Origin: Candidatus Saccharimonadota bacterium
GTDB taxonomy: Bacteria > Patescibacteriota > Saccharimonadia > Saccharimonadales > JACDBH01
NCBI GenBank assembly: GCA_013694995.1
Contig: JACDBH010000006.1
Location: forward strand, 21,435-85,434
Length of the DNA stretch: 64,000 nt
Direction of reading: 5' to 3'
The notes beneath the pieces were generated by a model. That model saw nothing but the letters and a program-made list of their open reading frames with translations, was not told the DNA's origin and searched no databases. The translations under genes and the position numbers were made by a program. Below are positions 18,098-27,449 of this stretch, piece by piece; position 1 is the stretch's first letter, and each line of letters opens with the position of its first letter.

Positions 18098-20569
18098 TTA
18101 ACGGTAAACCGATAGGCTTGCGACACCGGCATTGTTTGCAGCGTCATAAGCCTTAACGGTAATAGTATGGGTGCCCCGGGTAGCTTTTCTAGCATTCCAG
18201 GTTGTGCTGATCACCCCATTCGCTGAGGTAGCTTTTAGGCTGCCATCGATATATATTTCCATTTTAGTAACGCCTATATTATCTGTGGCGCTGGCATTGA
18301 TGGTAAGGTTTCGAGAAACCGTTATACCATTCATGGGTGAGGATATGGAGACAGCTGGCGCGCTAAGATCGCCGGTGGGGGGTGGGGGTGGAGAAGTAAT
18401 CGTCGTGGTGCTACGGTCACCTACGAATATCTCATCAAGGTAGAAGTAGCTGCCTGCAGCGCCGTTACCGGAGCTAAAATCAACGTGGGCAAATGATGCA
18501 CCAACTGGCGCGGTCACATCTGCCTTAGCCTGCTGCCAGGTAGTGCTGAGGCTGGAGATAACTACTTTATCTGTTTGAAGATCAGTACCTGCGGCGTCCC
18601 GCCAACGCACCAACATGGTGGCGCTATTGTTGCCGCTACCGTTTTTGCCCCAGAAACTGATTGTCTTATTGCCGGTAGAAGCGGCAAAGCCGGGATGGGT
18701 GCTTAAGGTAACACCCCAGCCATAAAGGGCATCTACATTGACTCTCAGGCTGTTTGCGCCAGTTTGGGCAGTGTCGGCAGACCGGGCAATCGTGGAAGAA
18801 TACCACGCTGTCCATTTACCGATTGTATTCTCGATAGTCTGCGTGTCGGTATCAAGATGGTTCCCTGAAATTGTCGAACTTGGAGGTGGCGGTAATGTCG
18901 TGCCGCCGCCAGTGCTACCGACGCTGCCGTTAAACGTACTGGAAGCGTCCTGGTTGTATGGGGCAGCTTGCCAGGCCGTAAAGTCGATAGTACGGCTGGT
19001 ATCGTGCACCAGGAACTTCCATGGCCCTTCATAGGAATTGTTGCTGAATACGTTTCCTTGAGAAAATGTTATGGCATCACTGATCTTGAAGGCTTTATAT
19101 GGCGACCATGAAGGATAGGTACCGTAGTTGGAAATGACTGACTGGCGCGAGCAGAAATCATTCGTGCAACCTATGTTCGCTGGGTTAATCTTAAAAATAT
19201 TGTTAAAGACTTTCACGTTCTGCGTTTTCCAACGACAATTCGAGTAGTAAGGCTCTGCGTTGATCTTACCCCCTGTAGCCGGGTCACCACAATCAGTTAT
19301 ATTGGTGATAAGCTTGGTAGTATACCCACCAGAGGTGTTGGCGCTACCGTCATTGCCAAAACGGTCAGCATTTTCCCAAAGGGATATGGTTCCCCAGTTG
19401 TCTTCAAAGTAATTGCCACTTATTTCAAGGTTAGACGTGCCGGTAAGAGTCGAGCCCACCCGGCTGTCCCCACCGGATTCGGAAATGTAAACAGCAGCCG
19501 TAGGGAAGTTATCGCCGCGTGCCGCAAACTGCTTACCCTTGACAATGTTATTCCGTTTGATGGTATTGTTGCGGATGACGGCATTGTAACTAACTTCGTA
19601 AAATATAGCCTCGGCATCATTATCATTGATATAGTTGCCTTCAAATAAGAAGTCGATATCGTTCGTATCTGCCCACAATCCGACACTTTTATTGTGGTGC
19701 ACCCAGTTATTAGTGACCCGCGCGCCTTTGACGTCCCAGAATTTGCCACCACCGGTACAACCGCAGCCACTGATTTTGGATTCCCAATCGAAGGTGTTAT
19801 TACCGGTAATTTCATTATTGTCTAGTGTAATGTTCGTAATAGCTGACTCACCTGCACCAGCAGCGAGCATAGGCTTATACATACTGAAGCCGTACTGGCC
19901 GTTATCTTTGAGGCAGTTACTGCGGACGACATTGTCACTACCCACAAATACTCCTGCTCCAGCACTATTTTGGATAGTATTATTTTCGATTATCCAGCCA
20001 GTTCCACTGTCGTGATTGACCACACTTTCATTGTTATTACCACCGTCAGGACCAAAATTCTGGATAGTCAGATACTTGATCGTTACATTCGGGGCCTTCT
20101 GGGTAAAAGCGTAACGGTTTATCTTTTGCCCATCCAAAATGGCCCCTGGCGCACCGATAAAAGTCGTGCTGCTGGCGGGGATAATTTGCCCATATTCTGA
20201 TGTGCCGAGTGTGTGGATACCACTTTCTAACCAGAAGGTAGCTCCAGGCTGGTTCCAATTAAACATACTGTTATCTCCGGCTGGCACACTGATAGCGCCA
20301 CTTGGTGCGGTGCTTGGGCCAGTCAAAACGCTTGAGTTACCACAAATTACTGCAAGAGGTACCGTTGGGTAGGTAGTCAATGCAAAGCTCCGGTACGTAA
20401 AATAGCTACCTATTACCGCGAATAGAAGTATTAAAGGAATCGTGCGTTTATTGAATAGTTTGGGGCGTGTCAGCAGGCTCCCCCTACTTACCTTTTTAAC
20501 AGGAATTTTACGGCGATTGCTGGTAGCCATCTTAGGTCCTTTATGTATTGGGCGCTTTTTTGAAATCAT
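18098..20569 (-). CDS. secreted right-handed beta-helix protein with CBM4/9-like and Ig-like C-terminal domains
   Basis: N-terminal TM anchor. Repeated NN(T/S)I..N beta-helix turns. PPPP linkers. A CBM-like block (WGVTLS...YFYLDEIFVGD). C-terminal Ig-like block (ATDNIGVTKMEIYIDG). Confidence 0.75.
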   Translation of the reverse strand: MISKKRPIHKGPKMATSNRRKIPVKKVSRGSLLTRPKLFNKRTIPLILLFAVIGSYFTYRSFALTTYPTVPLAVICGNSSVLTGPSTAPSGAISVPAGDNSMFNWNQPGATFWLESGIHTLGTSEYGQIIPASSTTFIGAPGAILDGQKINRYAFTQKAPNVTIKYLTIQNFGPDGGNNNESVVNHDSGTGWIIENNTIQNSAGAGVFVGSDNVVRSNCLKDNGQYGFSMYKPMLAAGAGESAITNITLDNNEITGNNTFDWESKISGCGCTGGGKFWDVKGARVTNNWVHHNKSVGLWADTNDIDFLFEGNYINDNDAEAIFYEVSYNAVIRNNTIKRNNIVKGKQFAARGDNFPTAAVYISESGGDSRVGSTLTGTSNLEISGNYFEDNWGTISLWENADRFGNDGSANTSGGYTTKLITNITDCGDPATGGKINAEPYYSNCRWKTQNVKVFNNIFKINPANIGCTNDFCSRQSVISNYGTYPSWSPYKAFKISDAITFSQGNVFSNNSYEGPWKFLVHDTSRTIDFTAWQAAPYNQDASSTFNGSVGSTGGGTTLPPPPSSTISGNHLDTDTQTIENTIGKWTAWYSSTIARSADTAQTGANSLRVNVDALYGWGVTLSTHPGFAASTGNKTISFWGKNGSGNNSATMLVRWRDAAGTDLQTDKVVISSLSTTWQQAKADVTAPVGASFAHVDFSSGNGAAGSYFYLDEIFVGDRSTTTITSPPPPPTGDLSAPAVSISSPMNGITVSRNLTINASATDNIGVTKMEIYIDGSLKATSANGVISTTWNARKATRGTHTITVKAYDAANNAGVASLSVYR

Positions 20570-20842
20570 ACAAATGTTTTAATTTATCTTGACGTTATAA
20601 TACGATTATGGTTAATCTTTGTCAATTTTCATCGTTCACTTTGGTGCGTGCGCTCAATAACGGCTGTGCATTTCAACTTTTATTGCTTAGGTAGCGTGGC
20701 CAGGGACGGCAACAAGTTACCCATATTGCATGGTGCTCGCCCGCCAGCTGGCGGACTGTGCGCTATGTTTCATTAACGCACTTGGGACTATTGTTCCGCT
20801 GGTTGTTGGACCAAGCACCCGAATCATGTCTTAGCATGTGAC

Positions 20843-20872
20843 CAAAATAAAACCCCCACCTTTCGGTGAGGG
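20843..20872 (-). terminator. rho-independent terminator downstream of tRNA-fMet
   Basis: The minus strand reads CCCTCACC-GAAA-GGTGGGGG followed by TTTTATTTTG. Confidence 0.6.
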
Positions 20873-20880
20873 ACTTATTT

Positions 20881-20955
20881 TGGTAGCGGGGCTAGGACTC
20901 GAACCTAGGACCTCTTGGTTATGAGCCAAGCGAGCTGCCGCTGCTCCACCCCGCG
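20881..20955 (-). tRNA. initiator tRNA-fMet (anticodon CAT), CCA encoded
   Basis: The reverse complement is CGCGGGGTGGAGCAGCGGCAGCTCGCTTGGCTCATAACCAAGAGGTCCTAGGTTCGAGTCCTAGCCCCGCTACCA. It has a C1:U72 mismatch and A11:U24. The 5' half is nearly identical to E. coli tRNA-fMet. Only two of the three G-C pairs in the anticodon stem are present. Confidence 0.85.
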
Positions 20956-21000
20956 TCATCGTCGCGAACGACGGTCGGCTTTTGCAAAAGAGCAATTTGT

Positions 21001-21029
21001 ATCTTATCCTAATCTGTTAAGTATGTCAA
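21001..21029 (-). promoter_or_regulatory. sigma-70-type promoter for tRNA-fMet
   Basis: The minus strand reads TTGACA (21029-21024), a 17-nt spacer, then TAAGAT (21006-21001). It lies about 45 nt upstream of the tRNA 5' end. Confidence 0.55.
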
Positions 21030-21105
21030 CGAGGCTCTGCCATAGCTAGTATTCATGGATGCTTTGATTTATGCTTAGTTTAGCTAAATAAAGCGAGGTG
21101 TAATT

Positions 21106-21867
21106 ATGAATCCGGATTCTCTTTCATTCATTCAACGCAGAAAAGTAATGCTTGGCGTTGTCGGCCTAATTATTCTACTGTGGCTCGTGTTTGCAACCAC
21201 CGTAACAATCGGTACCGGAAAGATAGCCGTAATGACACGCTTTGGCAAAGTTACGGGCCAAGAGCTTGGTGAAGGCTTTCATTTTAAAAGTCCGCTTGAT
21301 ACTGCTAACGAATACGACATCAAGGTTTTGAAAGAAGAGACCAAGGCCGCTGCCGCATCAAAGGATTTGCAAGACGTTGCCTCGACGCTTGTTATCAATT
21401 ACCGCCTTGAAGCTGGCAAAATCAGTGAGATCCACCGCACCGTCGGCGTGCTTTATAAGGAAAAGTTGATTGACCCTGCTGTGCAGGAAGTATTTAAGGG
21501 TGCGACCGCCAAATTTGACGCAACACAACTCATTACCGACCGCCCATCTGTTAAAGCCGACGCCTTCAATGAGCTTGTCAACCGTCTTGAGCGCTATGGC
21601 ATAATCGTCCAAGATCTTTCCATCACCGACTTTAGCTTTAGCCCGGAATTCACTAATGCTATCGAGGCCAAGCAGGTAGCCGCCCAAGAGGCCGAGCGCG
21701 CCAAGTTCAATTTGGACAAAGCTAATCTCGACGCTCAGTCCCAGAACGCCCAGAAAACCAGCCTCAGCCCAGAACTGCTGCAAAAATACGCCATAGACAA
21801 ATGGGACGGCAAAATGCCGCAGTACGTCGGCGGTGGCAGCGTTTTTAATATCCCCTTAGGCCAATAA
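21106..21867 (+). CDS. SPFH/Band-7 (prohibitin-like) membrane protein
   Basis: N-terminal TM, then an SPFH pattern (GKIAVMTRFGKV...GFHFKSPLD...) and a coiled-coil AQQ/EAER region. SD GAGGTG. Confidence 0.8.
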   Translation: MNPDSLSFIQRRKVMLGVVGLIILLWLVFATTVTIGTGKIAVMTRFGKVTGQELGEGFHFKSPLDTANEYDIKVLKEETKAAAASKDLQDVASTLVINYRLEAGKISEIHRTVGVLYKEKLIDPAVQEVFKGATAKFDATQLITDRPSVKADAFNELVNRLERYGIIVQDLSITDFSFSPEFTNAIEAKQVAAQEAERAKFNLDKANLDAQSQNAQKTSLSPELLQKYAIDKWDGKMPQYVGGGSVFNIPLGQ

Positions 21868-21998
21868 TAAATTCCTTGAGCTACCCTGTTATCTGTTAAT
21901 CATCTACTCATGGCTTAAAAGCATAAGAAGTGTAAGATTTTTTATATTTTTAAGTCAAACATAAGCATAAAGTAGGTGTTAGTAAATAGGGAGATAAC

Positions 21999-22082
21999 AT
22001 GAAATTGATTTTTAGAAGAAAGACAGAAGACCGCCAAGACATCAGCGACCGCGAATTCTGGCAAGAATTCATAACTATCTAA
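21999..22082 (+). CDS. possible 27-aa small protein
   Basis: MKLIFRRKTEDRQDISDREFWQEFITI. SD AGGGAG lies 5 nt upstream. A terminator hairpin follows directly. Confidence 0.35.
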   Translation: MKLIFRRKTEDRQDISDREFWQEFITI

Positions 22083-22095
22083 GAACCGTCGGTTT

Positions 22096-22134
22096 AAGAC
22101 CAGTAGTTAAAAATTAAGAACTGCTGGTCTTTTT
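22096..22134 (+). terminator. rho-independent terminator
   Basis: AAGACCAGTAG...CTGCTGGTCTT forms an 11-bp stem with one G:U pair, followed by TTTT. Confidence 0.5.
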
Positions 22135-22289
22135 GATTTCCTTAACCTACGTCTTTGGCGCATTTCCGGCAAAGCCTGCGACTTCGGTACTCAACGTATC
22201 TGGAGTACGCTTCCGTTCTGGTGCTCGGCTTTCGCCGGAACTACATCAAAAATGCATAAGGTTATTGTTTTATATTTGCAGTTACGTGT

Positions 22290-22802
22290 CTAAAGCACGG
22301 CCGGAGTATCTGGCAGGATATTAGTGCCAGCTTCAACTTCTATATCTTGCAATTCCAACTCCGGGGTGCAACCCTTGGCGGTAATAGCTTGTTCGTATAT
22401 TCGGTAGGCGGCACCAATTAAGTGGTTATAGGCCTCGACTTCGCCATTGTTTTTAGGGGTGCCAAATGAAGTTCTAGCTTTTTCTAGTAGCTTCCTGGCG
22501 TTGTTCTCAATCGCCTCGCAGCTTACGTTCGCACCTAAAGAACTTCCCTCTTGTTCGGGCTGCGAACTACTAGGGCTTTCGTTAGAATCAGGAACGGCCT
22601 CCTCCTGGGCCAGCGGCCGGTGTTCCTGGCTGGTAGATATCTCATTAGCATCGTTAGCCACCGTAATTTGGCCACGGCCTCTGTTGTAAGCGTATGACAG
22701 CGAGCCTGCCGCTGCCAGCAATAATAAAATAGTAACCAATATCGTCACGATATTGGACTTAATCCAGGATAATAATGAATCTGCTTTGGTTTTTTCCCGC
22801 AT
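22290..22802 (-). CDS. membrane-anchored protein, unknown function
   Basis: N-terminal TM (IVTILVTILLLLAAAGSLSYAY), a Ser/Glu/Pro-rich linker and a small C-terminal domain with 2 Cys. Confidence 0.5.
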   Translation of the reverse strand: MREKTKADSLLSWIKSNIVTILVTILLLLAAAGSLSYAYNRGRGQITVANDANEISTSQEHRPLAQEEAVPDSNESPSSSQPEQEGSSLGANVSCEAIENNARKLLEKARTSFGTPKNNGEVEAYNHLIGAAYRIYEQAITAKGCTPELELQDIEVEAGTNILPDTPAVL

Positions 22803-22872
22803 AGGTAAAATAGATTATGCCTATGCTCTAAAGAAAATGCAATATTAGTCTGCTCTAGTGAAACTACCCTTG

Positions 22873-23070
22873 TTAGACTTTGCGGCCACGCATAAGGGCA
22901 AGATATACACCTGCAAGTCCAACTAGTCCGAAAATAACTCGCGCAAATGTGCTGCCAAAGCCGAAAATTTCACTTACAAGATCATACTCAAAGAATGCAA
23001 TTAGACCCCAGTTGATTGCACCGACGATTACTAGAACAAAAGCTATCAGCTCTAAGTTTTTAGGTTTCAT
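22873..23070 (-). CDS. DUF378-like small membrane protein
   Basis: 65 aa with two TM helices. The INWGLIAFF..DLV pattern is typical of DUF378. Confidence 0.65.
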   Translation of the reverse strand: MKPKNLELIAFVLVIVGAINWGLIAFFEYDLVSEIFGFGSTFARVIFGLVGLAGVYLALMRGRKV

Positions 23071-23171
23071 GTTAACTCCTAATTTTAAAATTACTTAAGA
23101 TGCGAACCGTTGCTGCTTTTAAGACCCTCCCTTCGGCAGGTTTATACCTACCATTATGGTATTAATTGCTT

Positions 23172-23213
23172 CAATAATCAAACCCCTTGGTGAAGCCAGG
23201 GGTTTGATTATTG
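23172..23213. repeat. perfect 16-bp inverted repeat (hairpin) in an intergenic region
   Basis: CAATAATCAAACCCCT - 10 nt - AGGGGTTTGATTATTG, located between two minus-strand membrane-protein genes. No clear U-run on either strand. Confidence 0.8.
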
Positions 23214-23226
23214 AAACGTGTAATCT

Positions 23227-23622
23227 TTAGGAGTGTATAGCGTAACGCTGAGAGTCACGGGCACCAACGTAGGCCGCAAAAGCGCCGCTTAATAGATGGG
23301 ACATGATATCCAGTCCCGTAAACCCAGAAGGCAACACGCCGACTAAAGTAGGACTGATAAGGCCAAGGATTGCAAAGCCGATATAAATCAAGCCGACACT
23401 CAGCAGTGCAGTTTTGGCCATAATCGGATCTTTGGCCATAAATCCGACATATAGCAGATAGCCGGCCAAAACCAAGCGCAGAATATCAATTGCTATATCA
23501 GAATTCACAAGCTGAAGTATCTGACCGCTTAGAAATAAGCCAACTAGCCCAGTAGCTGCAATCAAAATCCCGTAAATTCTAACTAATCTAAGTTTCATAA
23601 TATTTCTCCCTACACGACTCAA
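23227..23622 (-). CDS. membrane protein (4 TM)
   Basis: 131 aa, hydrophobic throughout. Confidence 0.55.
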   Translation of the reverse strand: MSRVGRNIMKLRLVRIYGILIAATGLVGLFLSGQILQLVNSDIAIDILRLVLAGYLLYVGFMAKDPIMAKTALLSVGLIYIGFAILGLISPTLVGVLPSGFTGLDIMSHLLSGAFAAYVGARDSQRYAIHS

Positions 23623-23726
23623 TATAGCGCTTAAAGCAAAAAATCTCTGTCAAAAATGATACAGCCCGATGCAGCTTCGATTGCCTAGTAACTGCAGAGT
23701 CACTGGGCATCTGGTATCATGGCTGC

Positions 23727-24272
23727 ATGCTTAAGAGAATCTCAGGCCTTTATACTAAAAAACCAGCCTTTAGTTTCCACCCTGATTTTATTGCCGGTAC
23801 AGTAGAGGAAATTGATTTTATAAAGCTGTCTGAATACGGTATTAAAGCTTGTTTTGTCGATTTGGACGGCACGGTCGTACATAGGGGTAATTTTGAGGTA
23901 AGCCCGAAAGTTATTAGTGTCTTGCGCTCCGTCAAGCTCAAGGTCTATATAGCTACCAACCGCCCCAAAGGCCGTGACCTAAAAAACCTTAAAGAAGACT
24001 TGGCCGCCCAAGGTGTAGCCCATCCGCACGGCATATTCGCCAAACCAACCAAGCGCTATTTTGTGAATGCCCTACAAGACAAAAATTTAAATCCGCATGA
24101 AGCCGTCATGATCGGTGACCGTTTTATCCAGGATATCTTGGGTGCAAACCGCGCCGGCATGTATTCCCTGCTGGTTTACAAGCTCGATAAGCCTATCGGG
24201 CTGCCGGACAGGATATTATCGACAATTGAGCGACGGCTGACCCTGTGGATATCAAAAAAGTACTTCAAATAA
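23727..24272 (+). CDS. HAD superfamily phosphatase, YqeG-like (subfamily IIIA)
   Basis: DLDGTVV (motif I), ATNRP (motif II), MIGDRFIQDILGANRAG (motif IV). An extended -10 TGGTATCAT lies 6 nt before the ATG. Confidence 0.75.
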   Translation: MLKRISGLYTKKPAFSFHPDFIAGTVEEIDFIKLSEYGIKACFVDLDGTVVHRGNFEVSPKVISVLRSVKLKVYIATNRPKGRDLKNLKEDLAAQGVAHPHGIFAKPTKRYFVNALQDKNLNPHEAVMIGDRFIQDILGANRAGMYSLLVYKLDKPIGLPDRILSTIERRLTLWISKKYFK

Positions 24273-26673
24273 GACGTTTGCGACTCATATACTGATAGGC
24301 AATTAGGCTGAATGGAATCGGCAGCCAAAAAGTTGCCAACCGGTAGAGTACAACTACTGACAAGGCTTCTGGCTTGGCTGTACCTAGTCCTAGCATGGCA
24401 CTAACCATGGCGATTTCAAGTGGCCCCAGCCCACCGGGCGTCGGCACCACGCTTTTAGCGATGACGGCGGAGGCATACACCAGCACCGCTTCGGCAAATC
24501 CTAGGTTTAGTCCAAAAGCTTTAAAACAAGCGTACAAACATACTACATAAGCCAGCGAAAACGCTAATGCTGATGCACAGGCCAATGCTACTTCAAAAGG
24601 CGAGTTGGTAAATTCCCGGATACTGGTTGCAAAACTAGATACCGCCGATACGACTTTTCTTTTTATTTTTTTATTCATGGCAAGTATAAAGATGGCTACT
24701 AGCAGCAATATTACAGCAATAACCGCCTGTCTGAGAGTTATATTGATAGCTATAACCGATGAAATACTCTCACCTTTGAAGAGCAGGAAAATACTGAGCG
24801 GCACAATGAACATCGCAAAACCAATAACATTGCCGGCAGCCAATATAGCAGCGGAATCCGCCCGATCGTTGCCTGCGCGGTAAAGGTAGCGAGCATTCAG
24901 ACTGGCGCTGCCGACCCCACCAGGAATGATTTTACTCATAAACGAAGCCGCCAACTGGGCAATAGTAGTTTGGATTACCTGCAAAGGCACGCTGGAGAGA
25001 ATTACGAAGACAATGGCCGCAAGAATGTAGGTCACTGCTGAGGAAATTAAAATCGGCACCAGCCAAGCGGCGTTTAATGAGGATAATGAACCTAAGGCTC
25101 CACGGAACAAATTGAACTGCGGGATTATAACGTACAATAGTACGCCGACAAGTACGACGTTAAAGACTTTACGCCTGTTAATACGGATAATATCCGCATC
25201 ATCAAGGTCTTCTTCTATGGCCAGGCGGTCTTTTATTTCCGTCTTCAAATCCTCCAGGAGCGATTTGTGGGATTTAAGGCTTTTCGCGGTTGCACCGCTA
25301 AAGACTTCTCGTTTTAGGTAAGGCAGCACCCGGGTCATCCGTTCCGGGTCAACCACTTCCATAGCAGCGTCCACTGTTCGCTCGACACCGACCACTAATG
25401 ACATCGACATTAATAGCTCAGCAATGTCCATATGTTGACGTTGTTTTCGCGGCGATACTTCGGCAAAGCCGAAATCAATTATCCAGGCTTGTCCCTGTTT
25501 GTCTATCATAAGATTAGCCGCACGCAGATCGCGGTGGGCCATATTGGACTCATGCATGAGGTTGACCTGGCTCCAGGCGTCGACCAGGCTTTTTTGCAGT
25601 AGTTTGCCGTGACTGGATAGCGAAGTAGCCTCAATTTTTTCCTGAATCAGCATCCATGACGAACGGACCTTAACTAAATCAACAATAACAGGAACTCTGA
25701 CACCGGCATTGCGCGCCCACAAAGTCGCGAGCGATTCCATTTCTATGTTGCGCCGGCTGCTGATAAACGGTTCTTCGGCCTGCAAGTTTTTAAAACGGAA
25801 AAACCTATAGGTCTTAAATAGCCAGTCGGCAGCATGCTCCTGGACGCCAAAAATCTTAGCAAAATATTTCTGGCCCTCAAGACCGGTCAAAAAATACGGC
25901 CGTGATCCCCTGGCATCGACATCAGCCAGTTGGATGTGCCTCATTTTATAGCCCTTTTTCCGGAGCGCTGTCTTAATCTGCCTAATAGTCAGAGACTGGA
26001 CAGATACGCCAAACAACAGACAGACTGTTGCGCCGAGTAATGCACCAAGCGCCCAGCCGCCAATAACGTCCAGTGGAAAATGCGCGCCCAAATACATACG
26101 GCTGAAACCGACGGCAAAAACTGCCAGCAGCAAATATTTGCGGTATGCCCGGTCTAATTGGAAGTACAGCACAGTTACGCAAGCTGCCACGAAAGTCGAA
26201 TGCCCTGACGGGAAGCCGTAACCGCCGAACTTTTCATCGCCGAACAGGCGTAAGCTATCCAGCAGCTCTTCCGGCCGGCCGCGTGCCACCAGCGTCTTCA
26301 TAAGTCGGGCTATGTTCCAGGCAAATATACCTGTGCCGGCAACGGTTAAAGCTGCCCGGCGGTTGATGAAAAACCAGGCAATGCCAACCCATAAGAATAA
26401 TGCCCCGACACCACCTAGCTGGGTGATAGCATACATCGTACTATCCAAGAATGTCGGCAAGTTATTAACAGCATCGAATAGCGGCCGCTCGAGGCTGTCA
26501 AATAATCCAGCGTCTAGAGCTTGGAGCGTACTGATAATTAATACGGCCAAAGCAAAAATAAATACGAATACATAGCGCGTGTCGCGTGTCTGGTTAGCAA
26601 AATACTTCTTGAGCCTTCCTAATTTTTTAGAAGTGCTCCTAAAAAGCTTCTTCAGTGCACTAGTAACTGTCAT
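24265..26673 (-). CDS. triple-domain membrane protein: PAP2 lipid phosphatase + protein-kinase-like domain + LPG-synthase-TM/flippase-like domain
   Basis: PAP2 motifs KTLVARGRP, PSGHS, SRMYLGAHFPLDV. Kinase-like HRDLRAANLMI and IIDFGFAE. The C-terminal ~290 aa is polytopic with the IPGGVGS/PTPGGLGPLE motifs typical of UPF0104/LPG_synthase_TM. Confidence 0.75.
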   Translation of the reverse strand: MTVTSALKKLFRSTSKKLGRLKKYFANQTRDTRYVFVFIFALAVLIISTLQALDAGLFDSLERPLFDAVNNLPTFLDSTMYAITQLGGVGALFLWVGIAWFFINRRAALTVAGTGIFAWNIARLMKTLVARGRPEELLDSLRLFGDEKFGGYGFPSGHSTFVAACVTVLYFQLDRAYRKYLLLAVFAVGFSRMYLGAHFPLDVIGGWALGALLGATVCLLFGVSVQSLTIRQIKTALRKKGYKMRHIQLADVDARGSRPYFLTGLEGQKYFAKIFGVQEHAADWLFKTYRFFRFKNLQAEEPFISSRRNIEMESLATLWARNAGVRVPVIVDLVKVRSSWMLIQEKIEATSLSSHGKLLQKSLVDAWSQVNLMHESNMAHRDLRAANLMIDKQGQAWIIDFGFAEVSPRKQRQHMDIAELLMSMSLVVGVERTVDAAMEVVDPERMTRVLPYLKREVFSGATAKSLKSHKSLLEDLKTEIKDRLAIEEDLDDADIIRINRRKVFNVVLVGVLLYVIIPQFNLFRGALGSLSSLNAAWLVPILISSAVTYILAAIVFVILSSVPLQVIQTTIAQLAASFMSKIIPGGVGSASLNARYLYRAGNDRADSAAILAAGNVIGFAMFIVPLSIFLLFKGESISSVIAINITLRQAVIAVILLLVAIFILAMNKKIKRKVVSAVSSFATSIREFTNSPFEVALACASALAFSLAYVVCLYACFKAFGLNLGFAEAVLVYASAVIAKSVVPTPGGLGPLEIAMVSAMLGLGTAKPEALSVVVLYRLATFWLPIPFSLIAYQYMSRKRLI

Positions 26674-26705
26674 TAACTATATTATACCATTATTATTTAA
26701 TTTTG

Positions 26706-27449
26706 CTAATTTATCAGACGCCGCTCTAAGTTAGCAACCGGATCATACCACCCCTGTTCCAGTACATAAGCTTGCAGCTTTTTATCTAGGCCAAAGATAA
26801 CCATGAGCCCAACGACAATAAATAATACGCCAATTACCCGCTTAAACCAGCTTTTTGGGTTGCTAAGACGACGAAGATGGGATGTAAAGGCCTGGCCAAT
26901 ATATGCAATCGATAGCAGCGTCGCGCTCATGCCGACAGCGTACGCCACCAGATAAATAAATCCTTGGATAAATGAGGCCGGCAGAACTGTGGCAACAATA
27001 AAGGCATAGGTTGGGCTACAGCTAGAGAATACCGGCCCCAGTGCCGCCCCAATCAGGACAGCTCCTGCCAAGCCTTTTTGTTTGTAGGCCCTACTTAATA
27101 CTCTATTGGAGCCGGTAAATAAGCCAGATCGGGCCGACAACACTTCCCAGCCGTGAGGCCAAACAAAATAAATGCCAAGCCCCAACACTATAAACCCCGA
27201 TATAATCTGCCAGACAATTTGCGGCACGCCAATTAGCGCCGTCGTGGCTTTTATTAACAGCGTAAAAACTATCACTGACGCTGCTAAAGATAGGGCGATG
27301 ACAAAAGGCCGTAGCCACTGTCGTTCGGGCTTGTCCGAATCATCTCGCAGTAGCGAGCCGCCAATGATAACTGGCAGCAGAGGCAATATACACGGAGCCG
27401 CCACGGTCAAAGCACCAGCCACAAACGCTAGGATTAGTAGCGCCGTCAT
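26706..27449 (-). CDS. ccdA: cytochrome c biogenesis CcdA/DsbD-like thiol-disulfide transporter
   Basis: A Cys in TM1 (APCILPLLPV) and a second Cys (FSSCSPT). 6 TM. Confidence 0.75.
   Translation of the reverse strand: MTALLILAFVAGALTVAAPCILPLLPVIIGGSLLRDDSDKPERQWLRPFVIALSLAASVIVFTLLIKATTALIGVPQIVWQIISGFIVLGLGIYFVWPHGWEVLSARSGLFTGSNRVLSRAYKQKGLAGAVLIGAALGPVFSSCSPTYAFIVATVLPASFIQGFIYLVAYAVGMSATLLSIAYIGQAFTSHLRRLSNPKSWFKRVIGVLFIVVGLMVIFGLDKKLQAYVLEQGWYDPVANLERRLIN

Noticed and set aside
20600-20850. A ~250-bp GC-richer intergenic stretch with the CGCCAGCTGGCG palindrome next to tRNA-fMet; considered as SRP/4.5S or another small RNA
   Set aside because: I found no SRP domain IV motif (GGAA...AGCA symmetric loop context), no tRNA-like fold and no convincing promoter-terminator pair.
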